A stretch of DNA of 25,809 nucleotides, taken from positions 1-25,809 of the IMG/VR virus record IMGVR_UViG_3300025851_000205; one strand, 5' to 3'. The notes under the pieces were generated by a model. That model saw only the letters and a list, made by a program, of their open reading frames with translations. It ran no database searches and was not told where the DNA came from. Origin of the DNA: a virus (lineage: Duplodnaviria; Caudoviricetes). Below, piece by piece: positions 8,188 to 15,638 of this stretch. The position numbers were made by a program, and so were the translations under genes. Each line of letters starts with the position of its first letter. The stretch's first letter is position 1.

Positions 8188-8407
8188 GATTGTTGTAGTA
8201 TCACCAAGGCAAAAACAAGAAAAATTAACAGAAAAGTTACATTGCTGGGTGAAAAGTTTTGATAAATTAGATTCATTGCAAGATAGAGAGAAACGCGCCC
8301 TCTGCTTACATGAATTATTAGTTGAACGTCGAGTTTTACTTAAAGAGTTAAACGAAGATGTTGATTTGAAAGCCCTGATGCATGAGTTAAATTGTATTGA
8401 GGTGTAA
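8126..8407 (+). CDS. Single-pass membrane-anchored small protein
   Basis: N-terminal TM (IVSLILIVVLFTLGLAAY), charged helical C-terminus, GGAGA RBS. Overlaps the upstream gene by 62 nt. Confidence 0.7.
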   Translation: MEIVSLILIVVLFTLGLAAYKIVVVSPRQKQEKLTEKLHCWVKSFDKLDSLQDREKRALCLHELLVERRVLLKELNEDVDLKALMHELNCIEV

Positions 8408-8414
8408 TTTAATT

Positions 8415-8439
8415 GTTGCGATATCGACAATATCGCAAC
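8415..8439. terminator. Hairpin between convergent genes (possible bidirectional terminator)
   Basis: GTTGCGATAT-CGACA-ATATCGCAAC perfect 10-bp stem with AT-rich flanks. Confidence 0.6.
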
Positions 8440-8447
8440 GTTAATTT

Positions 8448-8945
8448 TTAATTGTCTTTCTTTCTTCTAGCTATAGTTCTATAACCACTCACTGACATCT
8501 TTATAAACTGCCCTACATCAAAACTACCCGAGTTATCAGCTAGTACAGTGTATGCATCTTGTGCACAGTCAATTAAGATAGAATGATCAATATCATAATA
8601 TTTTGCTATCGCGTTTCCGTCGGTATCGAACCCCTGAGCGCTATATAAATAAAAATAATCCTCTGAAGCTAGATGTAAACCAGAGGCGATCTTTATTAAT
8701 GTACTTCCTGAACTGTCGGATGCTGCAGTCATAACCCGCTGTATTTGAGCTTTGCTTAACGACAAATCTTTTTCGGACACAAGAAGACTTAAAGCTTGTG
8801 CATTTTTTATGTTATGCACATCCATAAGCTGTTCTACATTCATCTGTAAAATCAATTTTGGGATGTCATCAACTAGATCAGCTGGCATTTTACTAGCAAC
8901 TTTTCTAGGTAGTGTCGAAAAAAGTGTATCGATCCAATTTTTCAT
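8448..8945 (-). CDS. CI-position XRE/Cro-C1 HTH repressor lacking S24 peptidase domain
   Basis: HTH-like segment LQMNVEQLM...AQALS...LSKAQIQRV......S.STLIKIASGL. Divergent from a cro-like gene with a palindrome between them. Confidence 0.7.
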   Translation of the reverse strand: MKNWIDTLFSTLPRKVASKMPADLVDDIPKLILQMNVEQLMDVHNIKNAQALSLLVSEKDLSLSKAQIQRVMTAASDSSGSTLIKIASGLHLASEDYFYLYSAQGFDTDGNAIAKYYDIDHSILIDCAQDAYTVLADNSGSFDVGQFIKMSVSGYRTIARRKKDN

Positions 8946-8972
8946 TCTTGCTTATGCGCTCTATTTACGTTA

Positions 8973-8996
8973 AATTGACTCATATGTGAGTTAATT
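8973..8996. promoter_or_regulatory. OR-like operator
   Basis: Near-palindrome AATTGACTCATATGTGAGTTAATT in the repressor/cro intergenic gap. Confidence 0.7.
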
Positions 8997-9018
8997 GAAC
9001 AAATTATTAACTAGTTAA

Positions 9019-9258
9019 ATGGTAGCAGATATGAAACAAAAGTCACGCATTAAAGCTCTAGCTGATTCAGAGATGATTAATCTTCAAGAACGATTGCGGG
9101 ATCTTCCTTATGGGGGGTTAGCAAAGTTAAGCCAGTTGACCGGAATTGGTAAGGCCTCACTTTCACGATTCAGAAATGGAAAGGTTATAGGTTCGGATAA
9201 ATTCAAAGTGATTGAAGTTGCTATGAGAGATGAATCTATGAGGGATAAAGCTGCTTAA
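9019..9258 (+). CDS. Cro-like HTH protein (start may be 9031)
   Basis: GGLAKLSQLTGIGKASLSRFRNG HTH, divergent from the repressor. Confidence 0.8.
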   Translation: MVADMKQKSRIKALADSEMINLQERLRDLPYGGLAKLSQLTGIGKASLSRFRNGKVIGSDKFKVIEVAMRDESMRDKAA

Positions 9259-9290
9259 TCAACCGAAAATAACAATAAATGAGGACCTGT

Positions 9291-9797
9291 ATGAACTTAT
9301 CTTTAAATGAAATTGAAGTAATGAACGAACTTCAAAGAGAATACCCGAAACAATCCAGCATAAAGAAACTGATGGTAGTAACTAAGCGTGACCGAAGTGT
9401 GATTAAAAACGCTTTGGTAGGGCTTAAAACGTTAAACCTTGCCTCTACAACTGATAAGGGCGAAGTATATCTATTGAAAGCCGGCAAAGAACATTTAGGT
9501 TTAAATTCCACAGGGAATTCTCTGGCAAAAATATCCGTTTCCACAAAAACGAGTTCATTAACGCTTGCGTCTTCTTCACCAGGTAAAGAAATTCAAAACA
9601 AGTCTGATTCAATCGAACAAGCTTTTATTGATTTAGAAAATAAACTTAATCAAAAGCCTGTTTCCATTGAAGATCTAGGCCTTAAACTGAACGTTCTAAA
9701 GCGTTTGTCTGTCGTGTTGGCTGATGATATCGGTGAAGTATTAACGTCGATTTCTAGCGATTTATCAAGCATGAACACGCAAGTTGAGGTCGCATGA
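9291..9797 (+). CDS. Winged-helix DNA-binding protein in cII position
   Basis: LSLNEIEVMNEL...SIKKL...KRDRSVIKNALVGL...G.VYL...G is MarR-like wHTH. GAGGA RBS precedes ATG 9291. Confidence 0.65.
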   Translation: MNLSLNEIEVMNELQREYPKQSSIKKLMVVTKRDRSVIKNALVGLKTLNLASTTDKGEVYLLKAGKEHLGLNSTGNSLAKISVSTKTSSLTLASSSPGKEIQNKSDSIEQAFIDLENKLNQKPVSIEDLGLKLNVLKRLSVVLADDIGEVLTSISSDLSSMNTQVEVA

Positions 9798-9880
9798 AGG
9801 TATCTATCTTAGCAAGTGCAATAAGACCCGCTTTATCAGGACCATTTTTTGAAAAGAAAGTTGAAATAGAAGAAGAGTAA
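9794..9880 (+). CDS. 28-aa mini-ORF MKVSILASAIRPALSGPFFEKKVEIEEE
   Basis: ATGA overlap with the upstream stop and a GAGGT RBS. Not in ORF track. Confidence 0.5.
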   Translation: MKVSILASAIRPALSGPFFEKKVEIEEE

Positions 9881-9912
9881 AGGTGTCTGGTGTTTTACCA
9901 CCAGACGAGCAT

Positions 9913-9964
9913 AAAAAAACCGCTTCAATCCGACCAAAGATTTGAAAAGCGGTTAATTCACAAC
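9913..9964 (-). ncRNA. OOP-like small RNA
   Basis: Minus-strand promoter TTGATT (9999-9994), 17 nt, CATACT (9976-9971) is encoded in the O N-terminus, as for lambda pO. Terminator AACCGCTT..AAGCGGTT with U7. Confidence 0.55.
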
Positions 9965-9973
9965 GAGGTCAGT

Positions 9974-10897
9974 ATGACAAACAATGCAGAAATAATCAAC
10001 TTCCCAAAAAGGGAACAAGTAGAGTCTAATCATGGGCGTGAATACGTGAAAGCAGATATTGATAATGGCTACTATCGTGTTGCCAATGAAATAGGTGTTG
10101 CGCTTTGTAAAACTCATTTAAATGATAGTGAAGGGCGATTTGTTCACACTGTTATGCTTAAAACGTTTGGCTGGAATAAAATGCTTGATTGGATTTGTTA
10201 CGAGCAAATCTCAGAGCTTACAGAAATTAGTGTCGATAACATAAGTAAAATAAAGAAACGTTTAGTACAGCGAAACATTGTAATTACTCAAGGTAAGAAA
10301 ATAGGTATAAATCCTATTGTCTCAGAATGGCAACTTAAGTCTATTCAGACCCAAAACAAATCTAAAAAAATAAGTCTATCTAGACCCTTGAATAAGTCTA
10401 TCCAGACCCTTGCACCTATCCAAACACACATAAATTCTAGTCTATCTGAACCCATACAAAAGAAAGACACTATTACAAAAGACACTATTACAACAGACAT
10501 CAACGAAAAACCTTCTTCTTCACGAATTAAAAAACCTGAACAGTTCAAAAAATTCTTTAAGCAATATCCATCTCATCGAAAGGGCGGTACCGACTCTCAA
10601 GCATGGAAAGTATGGAAGTCTGAGAATATTGATGAGTCAGAAGGTCAGAAGGTACTCGATTGGCTTACTGTTGCTGCACAGAATGATTCTGACTGGCAGA
10701 CAGAAGCGCGAGGACAGTTTGTTTTAGGGATCACAAAATTTATACGTGATAAAAAATGGTTAACACCTATCCCTCAAGCTAAAAGTCAATCAAACGGAAA
10801 AAACCAACCGAGTGTGAACGAACACAATTCTCAAGTTATGGATGAATGGCTTGCAAGCAAGCAGAAGCCAGCGGAGGTGATTCATCATGAAAAATAA
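9974..10897 (+). CDS. Lambda O-like replication initiator
   Basis: MTNNAEIINF...KADIDNGYYRVANE...KTFGWNK..DWI...Q motif, KDTITK motif and internal iterons. GAGGT RBS precedes ATG 9974. Confidence 0.9.
   Translation: MTNNAEIINFPKREQVESNHGREYVKADIDNGYYRVANEIGVALCKTHLNDSEGRFVHTVMLKTFGWNKMLDWICYEQISELTEISVDNISKIKKRLVQRNIVITQGKKIGINPIVSEWQLKSIQTQNKSKKISLSRPLNKSIQTLAPIQTHINSSLSEPIQKKDTITKDTITTDINEKPSSSRIKKPEQFKKFFKQYPSHRKGGTDSQAWKVWKSENIDESEGQKVLDWLTVAAQNDSDWQTEARGQFVLGITKFIRDKKWLTPIPQAKSQSNGKNQPSVNEHNSQVMDEWLASKQKPAEVIHHEK
10336..10453 (+). repeat. Replication origin iterons within O
   Basis: TAAGTCTATYYAGACCC at 10336, 10371 and 10393, degenerate copies at 10411 and 10437. Followed by an A-rich 15-bp tandem (AAAGACACTATTACA x2). 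Confidence 0.8.
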
Positions 10898-11546
10898 CGA
10901 TATGGAATTGTTTATTGAGTTACTTACTGGCGCTTTAGAGGTTTATGGTCAACGCACTAGCAAACTGGTTGTTAACGTTTGGTGGAATGCATTAGAAAAA
11001 TATGAATTCAGTGTGGTTAGCAAAGCATTTAGTGATCACATTGTTGATCCTGATGTAGGTCAGTTCCCACCTAAACCTGCAAATATTATTAGAAACATCG
11101 ATGGTAGTCGTGAAACTCGCGCAATGCTTGCGTGGGCTAAGGTCCATAAAGCCATTGGTTCAGTTGGTGGCGGGGCAACAGTTTGCTTCGACGATAGATA
11201 CATTCACGCAACCATTGCTGATATGGGGGGATGGTCAAAGCTTTGTTTAGTGGATGAAGCTGAATCACCTTTCAAAGCACGTGAATTTGAAAAACGTTAC
11301 AACAGCCATGCAAAACATGGTGTAAAGGAATTCCCTCGCAAGCTTATTGGTAATTACGAAGCCAATAATTTAGCTCAAGGTTTTATGCATTTTATCAGTG
11401 CTCCGGTCACCATTGGTAATATTGAAGATTGCCGAAATGTTTATAGGCTTGGTTCAGATAACTCAAGTTTGATTAACAAGGAGCCCTTGGCGGTGTTGCA
11501 TCATGCCTCAAAATCCATTCAACTCGAATCAAAGGAAGCATCTTAA
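10887..11546 (+). CDS. P-position replication protein (DUF6475-like; putative helicase loader/inhibitor)
   Basis: WW..L......V..A...H..DPD.GQFPPKPA and V.FDD..IHA.I..MGGW motifs, directly after O. Confidence 0.75.
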   Translation: MKNNDMELFIELLTGALEVYGQRTSKLVVNVWWNALEKYEFSVVSKAFSDHIVDPDVGQFPPKPANIIRNIDGSRETRAMLAWAKVHKAIGSVGGGATVCFDDRYIHATIADMGGWSKLCLVDEAESPFKAREFEKRYNSHAKHGVKEFPRKLIGNYEANNLAQGFMHFISAPVTIGNIEDCRNVYRLGSDNSSLINKEPLAVLHHASKSIQLESKEAS

Positions 11547-11761
11547 TGTTTTATGAAACGTCATTCTTATTATTGGCCATTTTAATTACTTCTGTAGTTA
11601 CTCGTCATTCTACTGTTCAAGAGTACAAGCAAAGTATGTTTGCTATGAATAGTTATACGGACAGAGCATTAAAGCGAAAAATTCTTGTAGCGAAATTATT
11701 AATAATTTTTTTGTCTTTTATGGTGCTTGTTCTCTGGTCAAAACTACCTGTGATTAATTAG
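11546..11761 (+). CDS. Small 2-TM membrane protein
   Basis: 71 aa with two hydrophobic segments, TAATG-coupled. Confidence 0.6.
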   Translation: MFYETSFLLLAILITSVVTRHSTVQEYKQSMFAMNSYTDRALKRKILVAKLLIIFLSFMVLVLWSKLPVIN

Positions 11762-11810
11762 AAGCAGAGCAAGTTATCGATTAGTTTTATGTTAGATAGA
11801 GGAATGTTAA

Positions 11811-13031
11811 TTGTTATTAGTTCACGCAAAAATTACTGATACTTCAATAGCTGCACATGTACCGTTAGCGGTGGATCGGTTGCGAGACAATTTGAACCCG
11901 TTAATTCAATTCAGGTTCAGCAGTAATAGAGCAAAAGGCTCTTGGTTTATATACCACAAGAGCTGGAAAAAAGTCGGTGAATGGCCACAAAGCAAAACCC
12001 GAGATGTAAGGAATGGTTTTGGCGCTTTATTAGCAAAATTACAGGACAAGCAAGAAGCAAAAGTTACTAAAGACTGCTTTGTTTTCGTGAGCGATTTACT
12101 TACCTGGTATAACGAACGTATGGAAGGAAATGCGAATTTAAGCACTCAACGAAAAAAAGATATTAAAAGTTCTGTTAAGTGCCATTTGCAATTTAGGCTA
12201 GGTAACGTAGAAATTGCAGATATCGATAAAAATTTAATTGATAAGCGCTTTATGTGGCCATTGCAAAAAGTATTAGCAAAAAGCTCAGTGGTTAAAAAGT
12301 TTCATATGCTTAAAGCCGCTTTTACGGATGCTTATGACTTAGATTTATTGCCAATTCATCCTATGGCCACAATGAAAGTTTCAGACTTTGGTGATTTTTC
12401 GGAAGATCCTAAAGAGTCTCTTTTAAAGCCTCGAATGGTCCCCGCTTTACTTGATGAGATGCAAGAGCAGAAAGTTTACATACGGGTTATTTGCATGCTT
12501 ATGCTGAGTTTAGGTACACGAATTGGAGAAACCATTTTAGCGAAGTGGCGTCACTTTAATTTGTCGTTTGATCCTGCTTGGGATATCCCCAGAAAAGATA
12601 CTAAAACAAAACAAGAAATCACCATTCATTTACCACCTGAAGTAGTTTCGTTATTAGTTGAATGGAAAGCTTATCAACGAAAGTGTAAATACCAAGGCGT
12701 ATATTTATTCCCTCATTTAAGTGATAGCAAACTTAGTATTCCATACGAAACGGTTAGGCGTGAAATTCATTTATTTAGTGTCGGTGAATGGCATTCTCAT
12801 GATTTACGAAAGTGTGCTCGTATATGTTGGGAGGAGCAAGGTGTTGATGGATTAGTTGCTGAACGAATGCTAAATCATGAGCTTGGCAAAACAACTCGAG
12901 CATATACAGGTAAGGCTTACGATTTAAGATTAAAGGCTTTAGTAGGTCATTGTGACTGGTTAGTGAAGCAAAAAGAAAACTGTTTTTTACTTGGTCTAGA
13001 CGTGGTTCAGCCCAAGCAGTGCGAACAGTAA
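11811..13031 (+). CDS. Second tyrosine recombinase (nin-region integrase-like)
   Basis: Full catalytic set R (GTRIGE), K (DTKT), HDLRK, LNH, Y (RAY). N-terminal arm-like and SAM-like regions. TTG start after AGAGGA. Confidence 0.9.
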   Translation: MLLVHAKITDTSIAAHVPLAVDRLRDNLNPLIQFRFSSNRAKGSWFIYHKSWKKVGEWPQSKTRDVRNGFGALLAKLQDKQEAKVTKDCFVFVSDLLTWYNERMEGNANLSTQRKKDIKSSVKCHLQFRLGNVEIADIDKNLIDKRFMWPLQKVLAKSSVVKKFHMLKAAFTDAYDLDLLPIHPMATMKVSDFGDFSEDPKESLLKPRMVPALLDEMQEQKVYIRVICMLMLSLGTRIGETILAKWRHFNLSFDPAWDIPRKDTKTKQEITIHLPPEVVSLLVEWKAYQRKCKYQGVYLFPHLSDSKLSIPYETVRREIHLFSVGEWHSHDLRKCARICWEEQGVDGLVAERMLNHELGKTTRAYTGKAYDLRLKALVGHCDWLVKQKENCFLLGLDVVQPKQCEQ

Positions 13032-13113
13032 GAAAGTATGTGTATCAAGGTTTCGTCTGGGTGTTTAGTGGTATCACTAACTGGAATATTTTAATAGGTA
13101 TTTATAGGGCTAT

Positions 13114-13356
13114 ATGACTGGATTTATTAATACTTCTAAGTTTGCTCCCAAGTCACCTGAAGACGAAAAAAAGCAAAACTGGCACCGACTGGATTGTTTA
13201 ACCAAACATAAGTTAGCGACTGAACAAGATAGTAAAAAATTGAAAGAGTGGTTTGAACAACAAGACTCAGAATGGCGAGAGCTACGTCAAAAACTTTTTA
13301 ATAAACGATTAGTTAATATAAGTAACAGGGGAAAGTATGATTATTTGCGATATTGA
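13114..13356 (+). CDS. Phage hypothetical protein
   Basis: 80-aa ORF overlapping the next gene. Confidence 0.65.
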   Translation: MTGFINTSKFAPKSPEDEKKQNWHRLDCLTKHKLATEQDSKKLKEWFEQQDSEWRELRQKLFNKRLVNISNRGKYDYLRY

Positions 13357-13828
13357 TGGGTGCATTTTTGACAATATACATCGGGCTCACCTAATACCAG
13401 AAAACAGAGGTCACACACCTAGCTGGTCTGTTTTTAATAAAGCATGCGGTGGTGATCGTCCAGTATTGCCAATAATCAATCTTGTTAAGTATCAGGCTAA
13501 AATGGCTGCTCATGATCTTCACCGAAAAATAACCTTCGTTACTTCACGAGCTGAAGACTCAAGAAGAGAAACAGCTCTGCAGTTAGCAGCGTATTTTATT
13601 GCTTACGATTGCACTTTGATTATGCGGAAAATGAATGATCACCGCTCAACTGTTGATTATAAGCGTGAAAAATTCAATGAATTAAGCGGACAGATAACTG
13701 AAGGGTCACTAATTATAGATGATCACCCTGGTATTATAAAAATGGTAGGAATTAATTTCCCTCAAGCTCAGCGTTTATTAGTGCAGAGTTTTGATTGTAC
13801 TGTTCTTGGGCGTGAGGTTGCAGCTTAA
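13337..13828 (+). CDS. HAD-superfamily phosphatase (T4 PseT 3'-phosphatase-like)
   Basis: Motif I IICDIDG, motif II FVTSR, motif III K (YKRE), motif IV IIDDH. Confidence 0.85.
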   Translation: MIICDIDGCIFDNIHRAHLIPENRGHTPSWSVFNKACGGDRPVLPIINLVKYQAKMAAHDLHRKITFVTSRAEDSRRETALQLAAYFIAYDCTLIMRKMNDHRSTVDYKREKFNELSGQITEGSLIIDDHPGIIKMVGINFPQAQRLLVQSFDCTVLGREVAA

Positions 13829-14064
13829 TGGTACGAGGTGGTCAATTAATTAAACTCGCCAGAGAAGCAAGGGGGATGACTCAACAGGATGTAGCTGAAG
13901 CTCTTAGTCCTGACGGATGTGCGAGAACGGTAAGCCGGTGGGAAACATTCAAAAGTGAACCCCGTTTTTGCGATGTACTAAATGTAATTGAAACTATTTG
14001 CAAAATGTCTATTTCAGAGGTTGAGGAACTGCTTTATGAGAACAATAAAAGATGTGCGCTTTGA
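13828..14064 (+). CDS. XRE-family HTH regulator
   Basis: IKLAREARGMTQQDVAEAL...RTVSRWE...EP. Confidence 0.9.
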   Translation: MVRGGQLIKLAREARGMTQQDVAEALSPDGCARTVSRWETFKSEPRFCDVLNVIETICKMSISEVEELLYENNKRCAL

Positions 14065-14380
14065 GCTCAAGCAATGGGGCAACTTTTGGTGTAGACAAGA
14101 GGTTGGTCAAGGATACGCCAGCAAATCGAATGTAGATCAATTAAGAGAAACTTTAGAAACAGGCTGTTCTATACAGGGAACAGGTCACCTGGTGAATGGT
14201 TCAGATAGTATATTTGTACCTGAACATATAGCGACAACCGATAAGTTACTAGAGTTACTTCCTCAAAAATGCAAAATAGCCGTTAGGCAGCGTTATATCA
14301 ATAAGGGAAAGATCATTTATTTTACTAACAAAAAAGATTTCTTATTTTGGGTGGGGAAAGCAGAGCGAGAATTGATGTAG
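14036..14380 (+). CDS. Q-like late antiterminator
   Basis: R.EL..WG.W...GY pattern and LP......V..RY. Last early gene before the late promoter/terminator. Start ATG 14036 after GAGGA. Confidence 0.6.
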   Translation: MRTIKDVRFELKQWGNFWCRQEVGQGYASKSNVDQLRETLETGCSIQGTGHLVNGSDSIFVPEHIATTDKLLELLPQKCKIAVRQRYINKGKIIYFTNKKDFLFWVGKAERELM

Positions 14381-14436
14381 TTTTATTTAACTATGTTGTG
14401 ATATTTGTTAAGTTAAAGAAAAAAAAGGATTTTAAA

Positions 14437-15519
14437 ATGAATAATAACAAAATAACTCTGATTTGCTTGTCTTTGTTTATATTACTGGTTGGGTGTTTTA
14501 ATAACGAAAACTCAAAACCTATCTTTTCTAATAATGAAGAATTGGTTTTATATTTCCATCAACATGGCGGTTATGAATATATTTCCGATGAAGATAAGGC
14601 TGTCTACAGTAAGCTTGATTTTGATAAAGAATGGAGTGTATCCGACAAATTAATTTCAGGTCCAACTTCAAAGTATTTTAAGTTAGAAAAACATCTATAT
14701 AGCTTAAGAGTATTTAAAGCCAAATCTTCCACATCTGAAGAAATCGTAATAGAAACATTTTTTCCAAAAAGTTTAACTTTGTTTTATGGCCTGAAGTTTA
14801 ACAACAAAGATGATGTTGAAAAATTGGATAATTTACTCAGTTACTATAATTCAGCAGACTTTAACAATAATGACCTTGAGTTCAAATCTTCAGAAAAATC
14901 TTACCGAATCAATGAAACGGGGATTTACCTCGATTTAAATGCTCATAAAAAGCGGCAGCAAAACCGAAGAAAAATATCAAAGTTAGTAAAAACAATAAAC
15001 GAAGAACTTGAAATTCCTGATAGCTTTTTTTTAGCGGGTCAAAAGAGTTCCCAGAATGAGTTTGATACTTTCCTATCACAGGTTGTTGGCGTAGAAGAAA
15101 AGTTAGAAAGACTTAGAACTATAAAAGAAAAAATTCAAAGATTGGATCCTGATTACTTTACGGTTCTTATTGATAACGATATAAAAGCATTTTCAAAAGC
15201 ACTAATTGTTAATAAAACCTTTATAGATTTAAAGCAAAATCTAGAGTTTAGTGATATTGAAATAGCTAAATCAACAAGAGGGAAAATGTCTGTGTTTGGT
15301 GGCTTTACTTACAAAGGAAAGAGTAAAATCAATGCGGCATATTGTTTAGTTAAATTCTTAAATGAAAGTGGTGAAATTATAGGTCAGCAAGAGATGAGCT
15401 TAGCCTCAAATCTTTTTGAGGGAATGAGGGGGAGTGTTGGCTTTTCTATAGAAGATAGTTATGTAGCTTCATTGGCTAAATCAGTCATATTGGAACCATC
15501 AAGAGTGCTTGTGTTTTAA
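14437..15519 (+). CDS. Lipoprotein moron with possible C-terminal FxLYD-like domain
   Basis: Signal II MNNNKITLICLSLFILLVG-C. Very AT-rich. C-terminal V.G.F...G......V.FLNESGEIIG pattern. Confidence 0.75.
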   Translation: MNNNKITLICLSLFILLVGCFNNENSKPIFSNNEELVLYFHQHGGYEYISDEDKAVYSKLDFDKEWSVSDKLISGPTSKYFKLEKHLYSLRVFKAKSSTSEEIVIETFFPKSLTLFYGLKFNNKDDVEKLDNLLSYYNSADFNNNDLEFKSSEKSYRINETGIYLDLNAHKKRQQNRRKISKLVKTINEELEIPDSFFLAGQKSSQNEFDTFLSQVVGVEEKLERLRTIKEKIQRLDPDYFTVLIDNDIKAFSKALIVNKTFIDLKQNLEFSDIEIAKSTRGKMSVFGGFTYKGKSKINAAYCLVKFLNESGEIIGQQEMSLASNLFEGMRGSVGFSIEDSYVASLAKSVILEPSRVLVF

Positions 15520-15550
15520 TATATTTTCACCACTAGACATAATTGTCCTT

Positions 15551-15587
15551 TTTATACCCCTAAAAAAGGGTATTATTTTGCTATTGT
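15551..15587 (+). promoter_or_regulatory. PR'-like late promoter with putative qut
   Basis: TTTATA-17-TATTTT. Inverted repeat ATACCC/GGGTAT across the spacer. A second -10-like TATTGT at 15582-15587 is in the pause-element position. Confidence 0.45.
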
Positions 15588-15593
15588 TGTTAG

Positions 15594-15621
15594 AACCTCG
15601 CCACTTAAGCGGGGTTTTTTT
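15594..15621 (+). terminator. tR'-like intrinsic terminator
   Basis: AACCTCGC-CACTTAA-GCGGGGTT plus T-run immediately before the lysis genes. Confidence 0.8.
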
Positions 15622-15638
15622 ATGCCTGAGATAAAGTC

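Noticed and set aside
10336-10500. CRISPR-like repeats
   Set aside because: The repeats are short, irregularly spaced and inside the O gene. They are explained as iterons, and there are no cas genes.
13038-13094. 18-codon ORF after the second recombinase
   Set aside because: Very short with no convincing RBS. The region is better read as a cis site.
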